From Candidatus Cloacimonadales bacterium (lineage in GTDB: Bacteria; Cloacimonadota; Cloacimonadia; Cloacimonadales; JAFGVF01), in contig OY782781.1 of assembly GCA_963678315.1 (NCBI GenBank), forward strand, positions 64,001 through 128,000: a DNA stretch of 64,000 nucleotides, in the 5' to 3' direction. Below, one piece after another: positions 27,916-37,834 of the stretch. Both the position numbers and the translations under genes were made by a program. The notes under the pieces were generated by a model. That model was not told the DNA's origin. It saw only the letters and a list, made by a program, of their open reading frames with translations, and did no database searches. The number at the start of each line of letters is the position of its first letter. Positions within the stretch are counted from its first letter, which is position 1.

Positions 27916-28104
27916 AACTTCTCCTTTTCTTAATAATGAATCTCTGCTATTATTTATATTAATTTCAGAATAAAAGCAGATTAGAGAATCATTATCAGTA
28001 GCTTATTTGCTATCAAACCCAGATATAATGATAAGCTTACAATATACATTTTATATGTCAAGTAAATAAGGCTTATTCTCTGGGTAGCTATTAGTCAAAA
28101 CTTA

Positions 28105-28146
28105 CTAGCCTCCTGCATTAAATTGCGATTTAATGCAGGAGGCTAG
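28105..28146. repeat. REP-like palindrome family A, perfect copy
   Basis: CTAGCCTCCTGCATTAAAT-TGCG-ATTTAATGCAGGAGGCTAG, 19-bp perfect stem, no U-tract. Confidence 0.85.
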
Positions 28147-28232
28147 GTAGTTTCCAGTTAAAATTCAATCATGAAGACTTATATTTTTTAAGATAAATTA
28201 GAAAAATACCTCTCTTGAACAAATAAGATAAA

Positions 28233-31200
28233 TTACTCTTTATTATTGAGCATTCTTTTGGAGATAACACTTGATATATCTTTTACCCATGGATTTTTTA
28301 GAACTGTCATATGAGAGCCTTTGACCGTGAACTTATTGTAATCTTTAACAATTCCAGGCCATCCATAACGAGGGTCAGGGATGATACCTTCTAATCTTTC
28401 TTCTGCAAGGAAGAGATTTATTTTGCCATTATAATTTGACATCTTATAATTGTTTAAGGCATTGATATTACTTCTATAGATTCTTTTTAGTTTTTCCAAT
28501 TCTTCTTGGGATTTCTCGCCAATGGTTGAGGTTAAGTTTTCAACAAAATCATCTTCCAGAACCTTATGAATATCAGCCACATACTTAAGTTTGAATTGGA
28601 TATATTCTTTCCAGAAAGATGGTCCTAATAAGATAGCATTAACTATTCTTCTAGTTAAATACCTTAACTTCTTAAATTTGGAATTAGGCCTTCCCCAGGT
28701 TTCAAAGAGATAAACATCAGCAATCTCTTCACCTCTCTTCTTAAGTTCAACAGATATTTCATAAGCTAGGACTCCCCCATAACACCAGCCACCAATAAAG
28801 TATGGTCCTTGAGGGCACATTTCAAGAATCTTATCCACATAGCAGGCAACCATTTCAGGAATAGAAGAGTGACATTCACCTGATAAACCTTTAGATTGAA
28901 TGCCATAAACTGGAATTCTCTTATCTAAATTATGGATTAAATTCACATAGCCGAGGACATCACCTGGGGTGGTGTGTGTTAAGAATAGAGGACTATAATC
29001 CTTGTTACCTTTCTGTAAGACAGTGATAACTTCATTGCTAAAGTTAACATCTCTTTCTATTTCCTGTGATAATTCTCTAACAGTAGGATTCTGGTAGAGT
29101 TGAGCAGAGTTTAATTTTATTCCTAAAGACTTTTCTATTGAAACAATTAGTTCAATAGCATTTAGGGAGTCTCCCCCATTATCAAAGAAGTTATCAGTAA
29201 AAGTAATCTCTTTCTTTAATATATGCTGAAAAATTGGAAGCAGATTTATTTCAGTAATGTTTAGAGCTTGCTTGTCCTCAACAATGCTTTCTGGTATTTC
29301 AACAGGAAGTCTCTTCTTATCAATCTTACCATTAGTAGTTAAAGGAATGCTGTCTAACTTAACAAAGAAATTTGGTTTCATGTAGGAAGGTAAATGTTCT
29401 TGGGCTGTAGTAGAAAATTCTTGCTCTGTAATATTGTGATTAGCTACATAATACAAGAATATTTTATATACTTCTTTAGCGACTTCTTTTATATCTGCAA
29501 CAACTTCTTTTAGAGGAAGGTTTTTAGCAAAAGCAGATTCAATTTCACTCAGTTCTATTCTAAAGCCATTTAACTTTATTTGATTATCATTCCTACCAAG
29601 AAACTTAATCTTGCCATCATCTCTGAATAAACCATAGTCACCAGAATTATATATGTATCCTAAACTACTATGATTAAAGAACTTTTCCTTGGTCATTTCA
29701 GGATTATATAAGTAGCCTTGTGAAAGGCCATTTCCCCCAATATAAATATCCCCTGCTATACCTATAGGCAAGTCATTCATGAATCTATCTAGAATCCAAA
29801 GCTGGGTATTAGGAATAGTCTTACCTATTGTATCATCAACGCCTTCATCAGTTGAGGCAATGATAGTAGCTTCAGTTGGGCCGTAGGTATTAAATAGTTT
29901 AACCTTGCCTGATGTATGTTGCAGCCAATGACTATATATCTCAGCTGAAGCTTTTTCCCCTCCAATAATCACAAGCTTTAGACATTGTGGTAGAGTGTGT
30001 TCAGGAAGAGCTTTAGCTATTTGATGCCAAAAGGCTGTAGGCAAATCTACTATTGAAATATTGTTATTTTCAACAAAAGAATAAAAAGCACTGGCAGATT
30101 TATTTGTTTCCTCATCCCTCAGGACTAAGCAAGCTCCAGCTAACCAAGTTGGGAAAATCTCTTCAACAGAAATATCAAAACTTACTGAGGCAAACTGTAA
30201 AACTCTATCATTATTAGAAGTCCCATAGATGCTATTAGCTACAAGATTGTGATTCACTAGATTAGCATGGCTAATCTTAACGCCTTTAGGTTTACCTGTA
30301 GAGCCTGAAGTATAGATTACATAGGCAATACTTTCTGGTGAAATAGTGATTTCGACCTTGCTGCTATCAGACTTATAGCTTTCTATCTCTTCAAAGTAGA
30401 GAATATTCTCGATGTTGGCAATTGAATGGCTTCTATTCATAAACATTGTTTTTGTTTGGGAATCTTCTAAGATATGTTCTATTCTTTCTTTTGGATAATT
30501 AGGATCTATTGGAAGATAAGCATTACCACTTTTGAGAATTGCTAGTATGCTAACAAATACATCAATAGACCTATTAGAATATATGGCTATGATGTTACCG
30601 CTTCCCACTAAGTTATAAAGGTAATTAGCTAATGCTTGACTCTCTTTATCTAGGTCGTTGTATGATAGAATACTTGAGCCATATTCTAGGGCAAATCTTT
30701 CACTATGTAAGCTAACACTTTCTTTGAATAAATCTATATATGATTTATTCTGGTCCACAGCAAGCTCAACAGAGTTCCATTCTTTGATTCTTTTCCTTTC
30801 TCTATCAGAAATTAAGTCAATATCCTTCAAAGCTAGATTGCTATTAACTTCTTCTTTGAAGATAGTAAATATTTGTTCATAATCAAAGAGCTCAAAGGTC
30901 TGTAGCTTCTCTATCCTATCTGCTATATCTCTATACCTATAGGCAAGATCGAGTAAATAGCTTTGCTTCTTTTTAAGTCTCTTTAAAACTTTTGTAATAT
31001 TAGCTATATTATCATTTATGGATCTATCAAAATCTATCTTAAATGAAGCAGGAATAACATTAGCGATTAGCTTATCTTGACTGTTAACAGTTATAGGAAG
31101 AGAGAAGATTTCTTGAGTTGACAGTCTTGCCAAGAAAGAAATATATAAAGCTAATTCTGGATTATCCATATTCAATACAGAAGAAGAATCAGTTTTATTG

Positions 31201-34200
31201 TAGGACGATTTAGGAAGCTCTATCTCTTGATAATTAGCCACTTGCTTAAGCCAAAAACTCTCTGCTTTTACAAGTTCTAAGTATTGTAAAAAGTCTTCTT
31301 CTCTAATTGTCTCTATTTGGTAAGAGTCAGCTAATTCATTAAGATTGCTTTTACTTCCATCAAGCTTAAGTAATTCATCTATGATAACTTGTCCATCATG
31401 AAGATTAAGGATTAGCTTTTCATTATCTTTTTGCAATCTACCAATGTCTTTAGTCTTTTTCTTATTAAAGGAGCAAGATTTGATAATATAATATGCAAAG
31501 CCGATTTTAATTCTAAGGCTAGCTACTTCATTATTATTATCGCCAAAGTTAGAAGCCCGGTAATATCGTTCAACTAAATCAATATTACTTTCTATATCAA
31601 GTAAGTAGTTGTTTCTTTCACGCTTATGTATAGCAAAATATGTTCGTTGAGATTCATCTTGTTGAATACCTTCAATTTGATTACTATCAAGAAGATTTAC
31701 AAGTTCTTTGAAAGCTTCAATCGCTGCATCGTAGCATTTAGCATTTAGCAGATTAGAGGTATCTCCATCTTCAATCTTGACTTTCTTTTGGACAAGAATA
31801 TTACCTGTATCAATTCCTTGATCAACCTTATGCCAGCTTATTCCATGTTCTTTCTCATCATTAATTATAGCCCAGTAAGTAGCATAAACACCTGCATATT
31901 TTGGTAATAAAGAGTCATGATAGTTGATAGTCATCTTTGTAGGTAAAGCTAGTATTTTCCTATCAAGAATTATACCATTAACAATACTAAATAGGTAATC
32001 AAATTTATATGCTTCAAGTAAAGAAATTATAGCTTTTTTAGAGAGGTCTGCACTATATATACCTTTGCTCTTTGCCCATTGTTGAACTTGAGCATTAGGG
32101 GAAATTAGTCCATAAATATGATAGTTGTTTCTTAGTAATTCTTCAGCACAGAGAATACCTAATGATGTTTCAGTTATGATAAAGCAAGTTCTTGTATTTT
32201 GAAAACTTCTCTCACTAGGTAAGTTATCAGCATAAGTACAGAATAAATCCTTTATTTCTAGCGCTTGTTCTTTATTATATATATCTGGATTATATTCTAG
32301 CCAGCATTCTAAACCAGAGGTAACTTCTTCTATATTTAATGTAATGTCTGATTTAGAGGAATCAGAACCTATCTCTCTTTGATTCTTAATAACTGGATTA
32401 TCTCCATCAGAATGCCAATTTTGTAGTACAAGAATTGCTTGGAATAGCTGTGTTCTTGAAACATCATGAGGAAGATTAAGAGATTGCACCACTTTACCAA
32501 ACGATAAATCACTATGCCCTAGGGCATCTATGAAGTTTCTATTTACTTGCTTGAGATTATCTAAAAAGCTCCCATCAGTTAATCTAGTCCTAATCGCTAT
32601 CATGTTTGTGTAATAGCCAATCATTTGCTCTTCGGAACTATTCTTTCTATGTGCAAATGGAGAGCCGACTACAATATCATTGCTATGTGATAATTCAGCA
32701 AGAACGTACTTGTATATAGTTAGAAGCAATGCACCAAATGTTACAGAGTTTTCCTTAGCATAATCTTTTAGTTTTTGAGATGTCTTATTGTCTAGGTTAA
32801 ACCACTCTCTTTTTCCTTTATAAGTAAGTAATTGAGGCCTATCATAGCAATCAAATAGATGTAAATTAGGTCCTAGCACTTCAAATCTATCTTTCCAAAA
32901 TTCCTTCTCGCTTCTTTCCAAGTCTTCAGCTAGTTTATAAGAATTCACATAATCTATGTTCTGGAATAGATTGCTTGAATCAGACGCAGTATTTGTATCT
33001 AATTGCTTATAAGCTTTCTCTATTTCTTCAAGAAGAACTTTCATTGACCAGCCATCAAAGATAATATGATGAATAACCATTATCAAGAACTTCTTATTTC
33101 CAAGTCTAATAAATTGTAGTTTATACAATGGATAATTAGAGACATCAATCTTAATGTCCTGAATCTCGATAATCTTCTTATGATATTCTTGATAATCTGC
33201 TACATCAATCACTTCTATGGATAGTTTCTTATGAGCAAGAAGCTTTTGATAAAACTTACCCCCATCTTCAATAAATACAGATGAAAATGCTTCATACTTT
33301 TGGAATATATTATTAAAGATATGCTGAGCAAGGTCAAATTCTATACCACTATTGAGTTCAAACTCCACAACAATATTATGGCTTTTCTTAGAGCTATCCA
33401 ATTTGTCTAAAATAAGTAGTTCATTTTGTGTATCTGAGAGAGGATAAAGATCTCTATTTCTGGGAATAAGAATATTTATTTCTTCTTTGCCCTCTATTCT
33501 ATCAGCTATAAGTGATTGTTGTTCTATAGTCGGATGCTTCATGAATTGTGGCAATGAAATCTTGTAGCCTATTTTGTTGAGTTGATTAACAACTTGTGCT
33601 GCTTTTAGAGAATGTCCACCAATATAAAAAAAGTTATCTTCAATACTAATTGATTCTACTTTTAAGAAGAGCTTCCACACTTGTAATATCTCTTTTTGAG
33701 AATCAGTCTTAGGAGCAATTACCGCTCTTTCATTTATGGAAAAGTCTTCTTGTGCTAAAGCTGACCTATCAACCTTTTTATTATCTGTTAAAGGGAAAGC
33801 ATTCATTTCCTTGAAAAATAAAGGTACCATATATTCAGGAAGTTCTTTTTGACATCTTTCTAAGATCTTTTGAGAATTAATTTCTTTATTTTCCTCAGTT
33901 ATATAAAAACAGACTAAATACTTATCATTACCTTGACCTAAAGCTAAGACGATAGTTTGCTTAATGCCCGAAATCCTCAGGATTACATTCTCTATTTCAG
34001 TTAGCTCTATTCTCAAACCTCTAATCTTAACCTGGAAATCGATTCTATTGATAAATTCAATTCTTCCATCTGCTATTTCTCGAACTAAATCTCCAGTTCT
34101 GTATATTACTTCTTCCCCATAACTATGATTAATCTCAGAATCTCTTATAAAAGCTTTTTCTGTTTGCTCAGGTAACTTCCAATAGCCATTCCCTACACTA

Positions 34201-35228
34201 TCTCCAGCTATGTATAGTTCCCCTTCGTCTCCTTTAGCAACTTCTTTCTGCTGTTGATCTAAGATATAAAGTCTAGTGTTTATTGTTGCTTTACCAATTG
34301 TAATGGGGCCATCATATCCAAGAGGATAAGCATCAAGCACTGTAATACAAGCACATTCTGTAGGTCCATAAACATTAACAATCTGAGCAGGAAAATCTTT
34401 TGGGGGAAGTCTTTTAAGAGCATCGCCACCTAAGTGTAGATATTTAAGTTTGGCGTTTGGAGGAAACTTCTGATCAAACAACATCTCAGCTATAGGGGTC
34501 ACAAGAAGAGTCTCTCTAATCTCATTATCTACCAACCAGTCTCTTAATTTATCTGCTTGTAGTAATATCTCTTCAGGAGTAAAGAATAGACTTCCTCCTG
34601 AAAGCAAAGTATACCAAATTTCTGTAGTGGAAGCATCAAAACCCAGCCTTGCATTTTGAGTCATTCTAAAATTACCCATCATAGGTTTAAACTGTTGCTG
34701 GAAGTGTTTAACTAAATTATTGACACCACGATGATTTACCATTACCCCTTTGGGTTTACCAGTTGAACCAGATGTAAAAAGAATATATATATTTGCTAAA
34801 GGATTATCTTGAGATTTTTGTAGGTCTGTTGAGGATGATGCCTCTACTTGAGGAGAATCAATTTCAATAGAATCAACACTAAAATGTTTGGCAGCTTCCT
34901 TGAAGTCAGGTCCCTGCCCCAAGACAATTTGACTTTCTGTTTCTGCAATGATATAATTTAATCTATCAATTGGATAATCAGGATCTAGAGGCACATAAAA
35001 ACAGCCAAGTTTCAGTATAGCGATTATTGAGATAATGTAGTTACTATCTCTTCTAGCCCAAACAGTTATCGGAGTGCCTTCTTTAACACCCTTATCTTTC
35101 ATAAAGTGAGCCAACTGATTACTTAATTCATCAAGCTCCTTATATGTTAAACTTCTCTTGTTATCCTTTACTGCTAGTACTTGTGGGTACTGGCTAGCTA
35201 TCTTTTGAAATACCTCTGATATCATCAT
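28233..35228 (-). CDS. Two-module nonribosomal peptide synthetase A-T-C-formyltransferase-linker-A-T-TE
   Basis: A cores FTSGSTGKPKGV/YGPTE (x2), T motifs GGHSL and GGDSL, C motif HHIIFDG, formyltransferase INYHDSLLP...IDTG, TE GWCYGG and GSH. Confidence 0.95.
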   Translation of the reverse strand: MMISEVFQKIASQYPQVLAVKDNKRSLTYKELDELSNQLAHFMKDKGVKEGTPITVWARRDSNYIISIIAILKLGCFYVPLDPDYPIDRLNYIIAETESQIVLGQGPDFKEAAKHFSVDSIEIDSPQVEASSSTDLQKSQDNPLANIYILFTSGSTGKPKGVMVNHRGVNNLVKHFQQQFKPMMGNFRMTQNARLGFDASTTEIWYTLLSGGSLFFTPEEILLQADKLRDWLVDNEIRETLLVTPIAEMLFDQKFPPNAKLKYLHLGGDALKRLPPKDFPAQIVNVYGPTECACITVLDAYPLGYDGPITIGKATINTRLYILDQQQKEVAKGDEGELYIAGDSVGNGYWKLPEQTEKAFIRDSEINHSYGEEVIYRTGDLVREIADGRIEFINRIDFQVKIRGLRIELTEIENVILRISGIKQTIVLALGQGNDKYLVCFYITEENKEINSQKILERCQKELPEYMVPLFFKEMNAFPLTDNKKVDRSALAQEDFSINERAVIAPKTDSQKEILQVWKLFLKVESISIEDNFFYIGGHSLKAAQVVNQLNKIGYKISLPQFMKHPTIEQQSLIADRIEGKEEINILIPRNRDLYPLSDTQNELLILDKLDSSKKSHNIVVEFELNSGIEFDLAQHIFNNIFQKYEAFSSVFIEDGGKFYQKLLAHKKLSIEVIDVADYQEYHKKIIEIQDIKIDVSNYPLYKLQFIRLGNKKFLIMVIHHIIFDGWSMKVLLEEIEKAYKQLDTNTASDSSNLFQNIDYVNSYKLAEDLERSEKEFWKDRFEVLGPNLHLFDCYDRPQLLTYKGKREWFNLDNKTSQKLKDYAKENSVTFGALLLTIYKYVLAELSHSNDIVVGSPFAHRKNSSEEQMIGYYTNMIAIRTRLTDGSFLDNLKQVNRNFIDALGHSDLSFGKVVQSLNLPHDVSRTQLFQAILVLQNWHSDGDNPVIKNQREIGSDSSKSDITLNIEEVTSGLECWLEYNPDIYNKEQALEIKDLFCTYADNLPSERSFQNTRTCFIITETSLGILCAEELLRNNYHIYGLISPNAQVQQWAKSKGIYSADLSKKAIISLLEAYKFDYLFSIVNGIILDRKILALPTKMTINYHDSLLPKYAGVYATYWAIINDEKEHGISWHKVDQGIDTGNILVQKKVKIEDGDTSNLLNAKCYDAAIEAFKELVNLLDSNQIEGIQQDESQRTYFAIHKRERNNYLLDIESNIDLVERYYRASNFGDNNNEVASLRIKIGFAYYIIKSCSFNKKKTKDIGRLQKDNEKLILNLHDGQVIIDELLKLDGSKSNLNELADSYQIETIREEDFLQYLELVKAESFWLKQVANYQEIELPKSSYNKTDSSSVLNMDNPELALYISFLARLSTQEIFSLPITVNSQDKLIANVIPASFKIDFDRSINDNIANITKVLKRLKKKQSYLLDLAYRYRDIADRIEKLQTFELFDYEQIFTIFKEEVNSNLALKDIDLISDRERKRIKEWNSVELAVDQNKSYIDLFKESVSLHSERFALEYGSSILSYNDLDKESQALANYLYNLVGSGNIIAIYSNRSIDVFVSILAILKSGNAYLPIDPNYPKERIEHILEDSQTKTMFMNRSHSIANIENILYFEEIESYKSDSSKVEITISPESIAYVIYTSGSTGKPKGVKISHANLVNHNLVANSIYGTSNNDRVLQFASVSFDISVEEIFPTWLAGACLVLRDEETNKSASAFYSFVENNNISIVDLPTAFWHQIAKALPEHTLPQCLKLVIIGGEKASAEIYSHWLQHTSGKVKLFNTYGPTEATIIASTDEGVDDTIGKTIPNTQLWILDRFMNDLPIGIAGDIYIGGNGLSQGYLYNPEMTKEKFFNHSSLGYIYNSGDYGLFRDDGKIKFLGRNDNQIKLNGFRIELSEIESAFAKNLPLKEVVADIKEVAKEVYKIFLYYVANHNITEQEFSTTAQEHLPSYMKPNFFVKLDSIPLTTNGKIDKKRLPVEIPESIVEDKQALNITEINLLPIFQHILKKEITFTDNFFDNGGDSLNAIELIVSIEKSLGIKLNSAQLYQNPTVRELSQEIERDVNFSNEVITVLQKGNKDYSPLFLTHTTPGDVLGYVNLIHNLDKRIPVYGIQSKGLSGECHSSIPEMVACYVDKILEMCPQGPYFIGGWCYGGVLAYEISVELKKRGEEIADVYLFETWGRPNSKFKKLRYLTRRIVNAILLGPSFWKEYIQFKLKYVADIHKVLEDDFVENLTSTIGEKSQEELEKLKRIYRSNINALNNYKMSNYNGKINLFLAEERLEGIIPDPRYGWPGIVKDYNKFTVKGSHMTVLKNPWVKDISSVISKRMLNNKE

Positions 35229-35315
35229 ATAGTAATCCCTATTTCCATATTTAGCGTTATTTTATAAATAGCTTAAGAAATGTTTAAGTGTCAACACTTT
35301 TTTACATTATTAGCT

Positions 35316-35356
35316 CTAGTCTCCTTCATTAAATTAGCTTTTAATGCGTGGGCTAG
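35316..35356. repeat. REP-like palindrome family A, degenerate copy
   Basis: CTAGTCTCCTTCATTAAATTAGCTTTTAATGCGTGGGCTAG. Confidence 0.7.
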
Positions 35357-35421
35357 CAATTTTCAAGTGGAATGACTAATCATATCTTGACTCTTTAAAT
35401 AAATTAATCAGACTAGTCAAT

Positions 35422-36237
35422 ATGAAAATATATCACGTAAATTCATTTATTGGTAAAGGATTTAATGGAAATCCTGCTGGTCTTGTAATCATGAATCAAA
35501 ATCTTGATTATATTGAAATGCTTGCAATAGCTAAAGAAGTTGGCTATTCAGAAACAGCATTTCTTTTACAAGAAGAAAATAACAGGAATTATTTGAGATG
35601 GTTCACTCCTCAAACAGAAGTAGGATTATGTGGTCATGCTACTTTAGCAACTGCTCATGTCTTTTTTCAAGAAAACAAATCTGATAAAGTTGAGTTTGAA
35701 ACAAAATACGGAGTTATAGAATGTTCTAGAATCAATGATTCTATATCCATGAACTTTGCTTCAGATAGAATAATTACTTGTTGCAAAGATTTTGATTTAT
35801 CCCCTCTTAAAATTCATAAAGCAGATATTGTAGATGTATTCTGGGCTGAAAAGAATTGTTATTTAAATGTCGTTGTAAATCCAGAATATAACATAAGAAA
35901 GATTGAACCTCTTGCAGATAAATTATTAGAGCTTTCACAATATTTTCCTTCTATAAGTGGCTTGATGATTTCCCAGCAAGCGGAAGATAGTGATGGTCAA
36001 AAATGTGTTAACAGTCGTTTCTTTGATCCTTGGGAAGGAATCTTAGAAGATCCAGTAACAGGTTCAGCTCATGTAGCCATGGCTAACTATTGGTTTGAGA
36101 AGTTAACTTGTAATAGATTTATTGGGAAACAACTTTCACCAAGAGGAGGAATTATGCAGGTTGTAAAAGCTATTGACAAAGTTGAATTAATAGGTAAAGC
36201 TGACATAAAGAAGATTGTTTTAAATCTGAAAAATTAA
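35422..36237 (+). CDS. PhzF-family isomerase/epimerase
   Basis: GNPAG, SETAF, RWFTP..EV.LCGHAT, EDPVTGSAH, QLSPRGG. Confidence 0.93.
   Translation: MKIYHVNSFIGKGFNGNPAGLVIMNQNLDYIEMLAIAKEVGYSETAFLLQEENNRNYLRWFTPQTEVGLCGHATLATAHVFFQENKSDKVEFETKYGVIECSRINDSISMNFASDRIITCCKDFDLSPLKIHKADIVDVFWAEKNCYLNVVVNPEYNIRKIEPLADKLLELSQYFPSISGLMISQQAEDSDGQKCVNSRFFDPWEGILEDPVTGSAHVAMANYWFEKLTCNRFIGKQLSPRGGIMQVVKAIDKVELIGKADIKKIVLNLKN
36154..36210 (+). repeat. 57-bp direct repeat, copy 1 (within 3' end of phzF-like gene)
   Basis: ATGCAGGTTGTAAAAGCTATTGACAAAGTTGAATTAATAGGTAAAGCTGACATAAAG. Confidence 0.95.
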
Positions 36238-36265
36238 CATAAGATTATAATTAAAAGGTTAAGAA

Positions 36266-37693
36266 ATGAGTAATTTAGAGGCAATTATATCTAATGGTCT
36301 AGAGGGCAAAAGAATTGAGTTCAAAGAAAAATTCCCAACTGACAATAAAATAGCAAAAACAGCCATAGCATTTAGCAATGGTGTTGGAGGTAAAATCATT
36401 GTTGGAGTTAATGACTTATCAAAAGAAATAGTCGGTATTGCTGATAAAGAGATTTTTAAATTAGAAGAGAAAATTTCTCAATCAATCTTTGATAACTGCT
36501 ATCCTACAATAAGTCCCGAAATAACAATACATTCAATCAATAATAAAAATCTATTAGCAGTTACAATTTATCCAGGTAGTGATCTACCTTACTTTCTTAA
36601 ATCAAAAGGAAAACAAAATGGAACTTATATAAGAGTGGGCTCATCCAATCGTGTTGCTACAATTGAAATTATAAATCAATTAGAAAGACAAAAACGCAAT
36701 ATATCCTTTGATTCTCTTCCAATATTTGGTTTTAATGAAGATTTACCTCCTTTAAATGGATTTGTAAAGTTTTATAAAGATAAAGCAAAAAGAGACCTTT
36801 CTCAAGGCGATTTCAAATCAATGGAATTACTTAAAGAAGAGCCTGGAGAACTTTACCCTACCAATGCTATGCTTTTGTTAGCAGAAAAAGAAGTCAGAAA
36901 AGCTTATTTCCCTTATGCTCAAATTGAATGTGCCAGATTCAAAGGGACAACTACTTCTGAGATTATTGATCAAATTTCATGTGAATCACCTATAATACTT
37001 CAAGCAGAAGAGGCAATAAAATTTATCAAAAGAAACATTGCTAAGCAATCAACGATAGGTGAGATTTATCGATCAGATAAATGGGAGTACCCAATTGAGG
37101 CAATCAGAGAAGCAGTTATAAATGCTGTTATTCACAGAGATTATTCTATAACTGGAAGCGATATCAAAATAGCAATCTATGATGATATGCTTGAAATTAC
37201 TAGTCCAGGTTCATTAATGCCTTCTTTTGACCTAAACAATATATCAAATAATCCATCTGAAATCAGAAATAAAGTTTTAGCACCAATATTCAAAGAATGT
37301 AATCTCATTGAAAAATGGGGATCAGGATTTAAAAAAATACTTGAGCAAATGGATAAATACCCTGAACTTGAGTTAAGAATTTCTGAGCCTTCTAACACAA
37401 CACAAATTCAGTTTGTTAAAAAGAGCTTTTTGGAAGAGTCGAGAACCTTCCCAATAAATAATTTGGCGGATGAAACAGACAATATGGCGGATATAATGAC
37501 GGATAAGACAAATGATTTGGCGGATAAAATATTATTCGTTATTGCACAAGATAATTACATTACCATACAGAGTATTGCTGATAAAGTTGCTTCTTCAAAG
37601 AGAACAATAGAACGTTATATTAAGAAAATGCAAGAAAGCAATACTTTAACAAGGATAGGACCCAAAAAAGGTGGATATTGGAAAATCAATTAA
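36266..37693 (+). CDS. AlbA_2/Schlafen-domain + HATPase_c_4 (RecG-C-like) + HTH protein
   Basis: EGKRIEFKE, AFSNGVGG.I.VGV.D, REAVINAVIHRDY, SPG, RN, IEKWGSG, C-terminal HTH ...R.G.KKGGYW. Confidence 0.88.
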   Translation: MSNLEAIISNGLEGKRIEFKEKFPTDNKIAKTAIAFSNGVGGKIIVGVNDLSKEIVGIADKEIFKLEEKISQSIFDNCYPTISPEITIHSINNKNLLAVTIYPGSDLPYFLKSKGKQNGTYIRVGSSNRVATIEIINQLERQKRNISFDSLPIFGFNEDLPPLNGFVKFYKDKAKRDLSQGDFKSMELLKEEPGELYPTNAMLLLAEKEVRKAYFPYAQIECARFKGTTTSEIIDQISCESPIILQAEEAIKFIKRNIAKQSTIGEIYRSDKWEYPIEAIREAVINAVIHRDYSITGSDIKIAIYDDMLEITSPGSLMPSFDLNNISNNPSEIRNKVLAPIFKECNLIEKWGSGFKKILEQMDKYPELELRISEPSNTTQIQFVKKSFLEESRTFPINNLADETDNMADIMTDKTNDLADKILFVIAQDNYITIQSIADKVASSKRTIERYIKKMQESNTLTRIGPKKGGYWKIN

Positions 37694-37749
37694 CTGAAGT
37701 CTATACAAAACAAATTATATCACCAGAAGAAATTAAATTTTTTAGTTTA

Positions 37750-37806
37750 ATGCAGGTCGTAAAAGCTATTGACAAAGTTGAATTAATAGGTAAAGCTGAC
37801 ATAAAG
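37750..37806 (+). repeat. 57-bp direct repeat, copy 2
   Basis: One mismatch to 36154-36210; begins within the right arm (TTTAATGCAGG) of a family A remnant. Confidence 0.95.
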
Positions 37807-37834
37807 TTATTTAACAAGATTTAAGTAGGTAAAA

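Noticed and set aside
27932..27995. Loose inverted repeat upstream of hsdM as an integron attC site
   Set aside because: No RYYYAAC/GTTRRRY core ends and no integrase.
37463..37530. Imperfect TGGCGGAT repeats in the AlbA_2 gene
   Set aside because: A low-complexity linker before the HTH; unrelated to family P and too degenerate to interpret.
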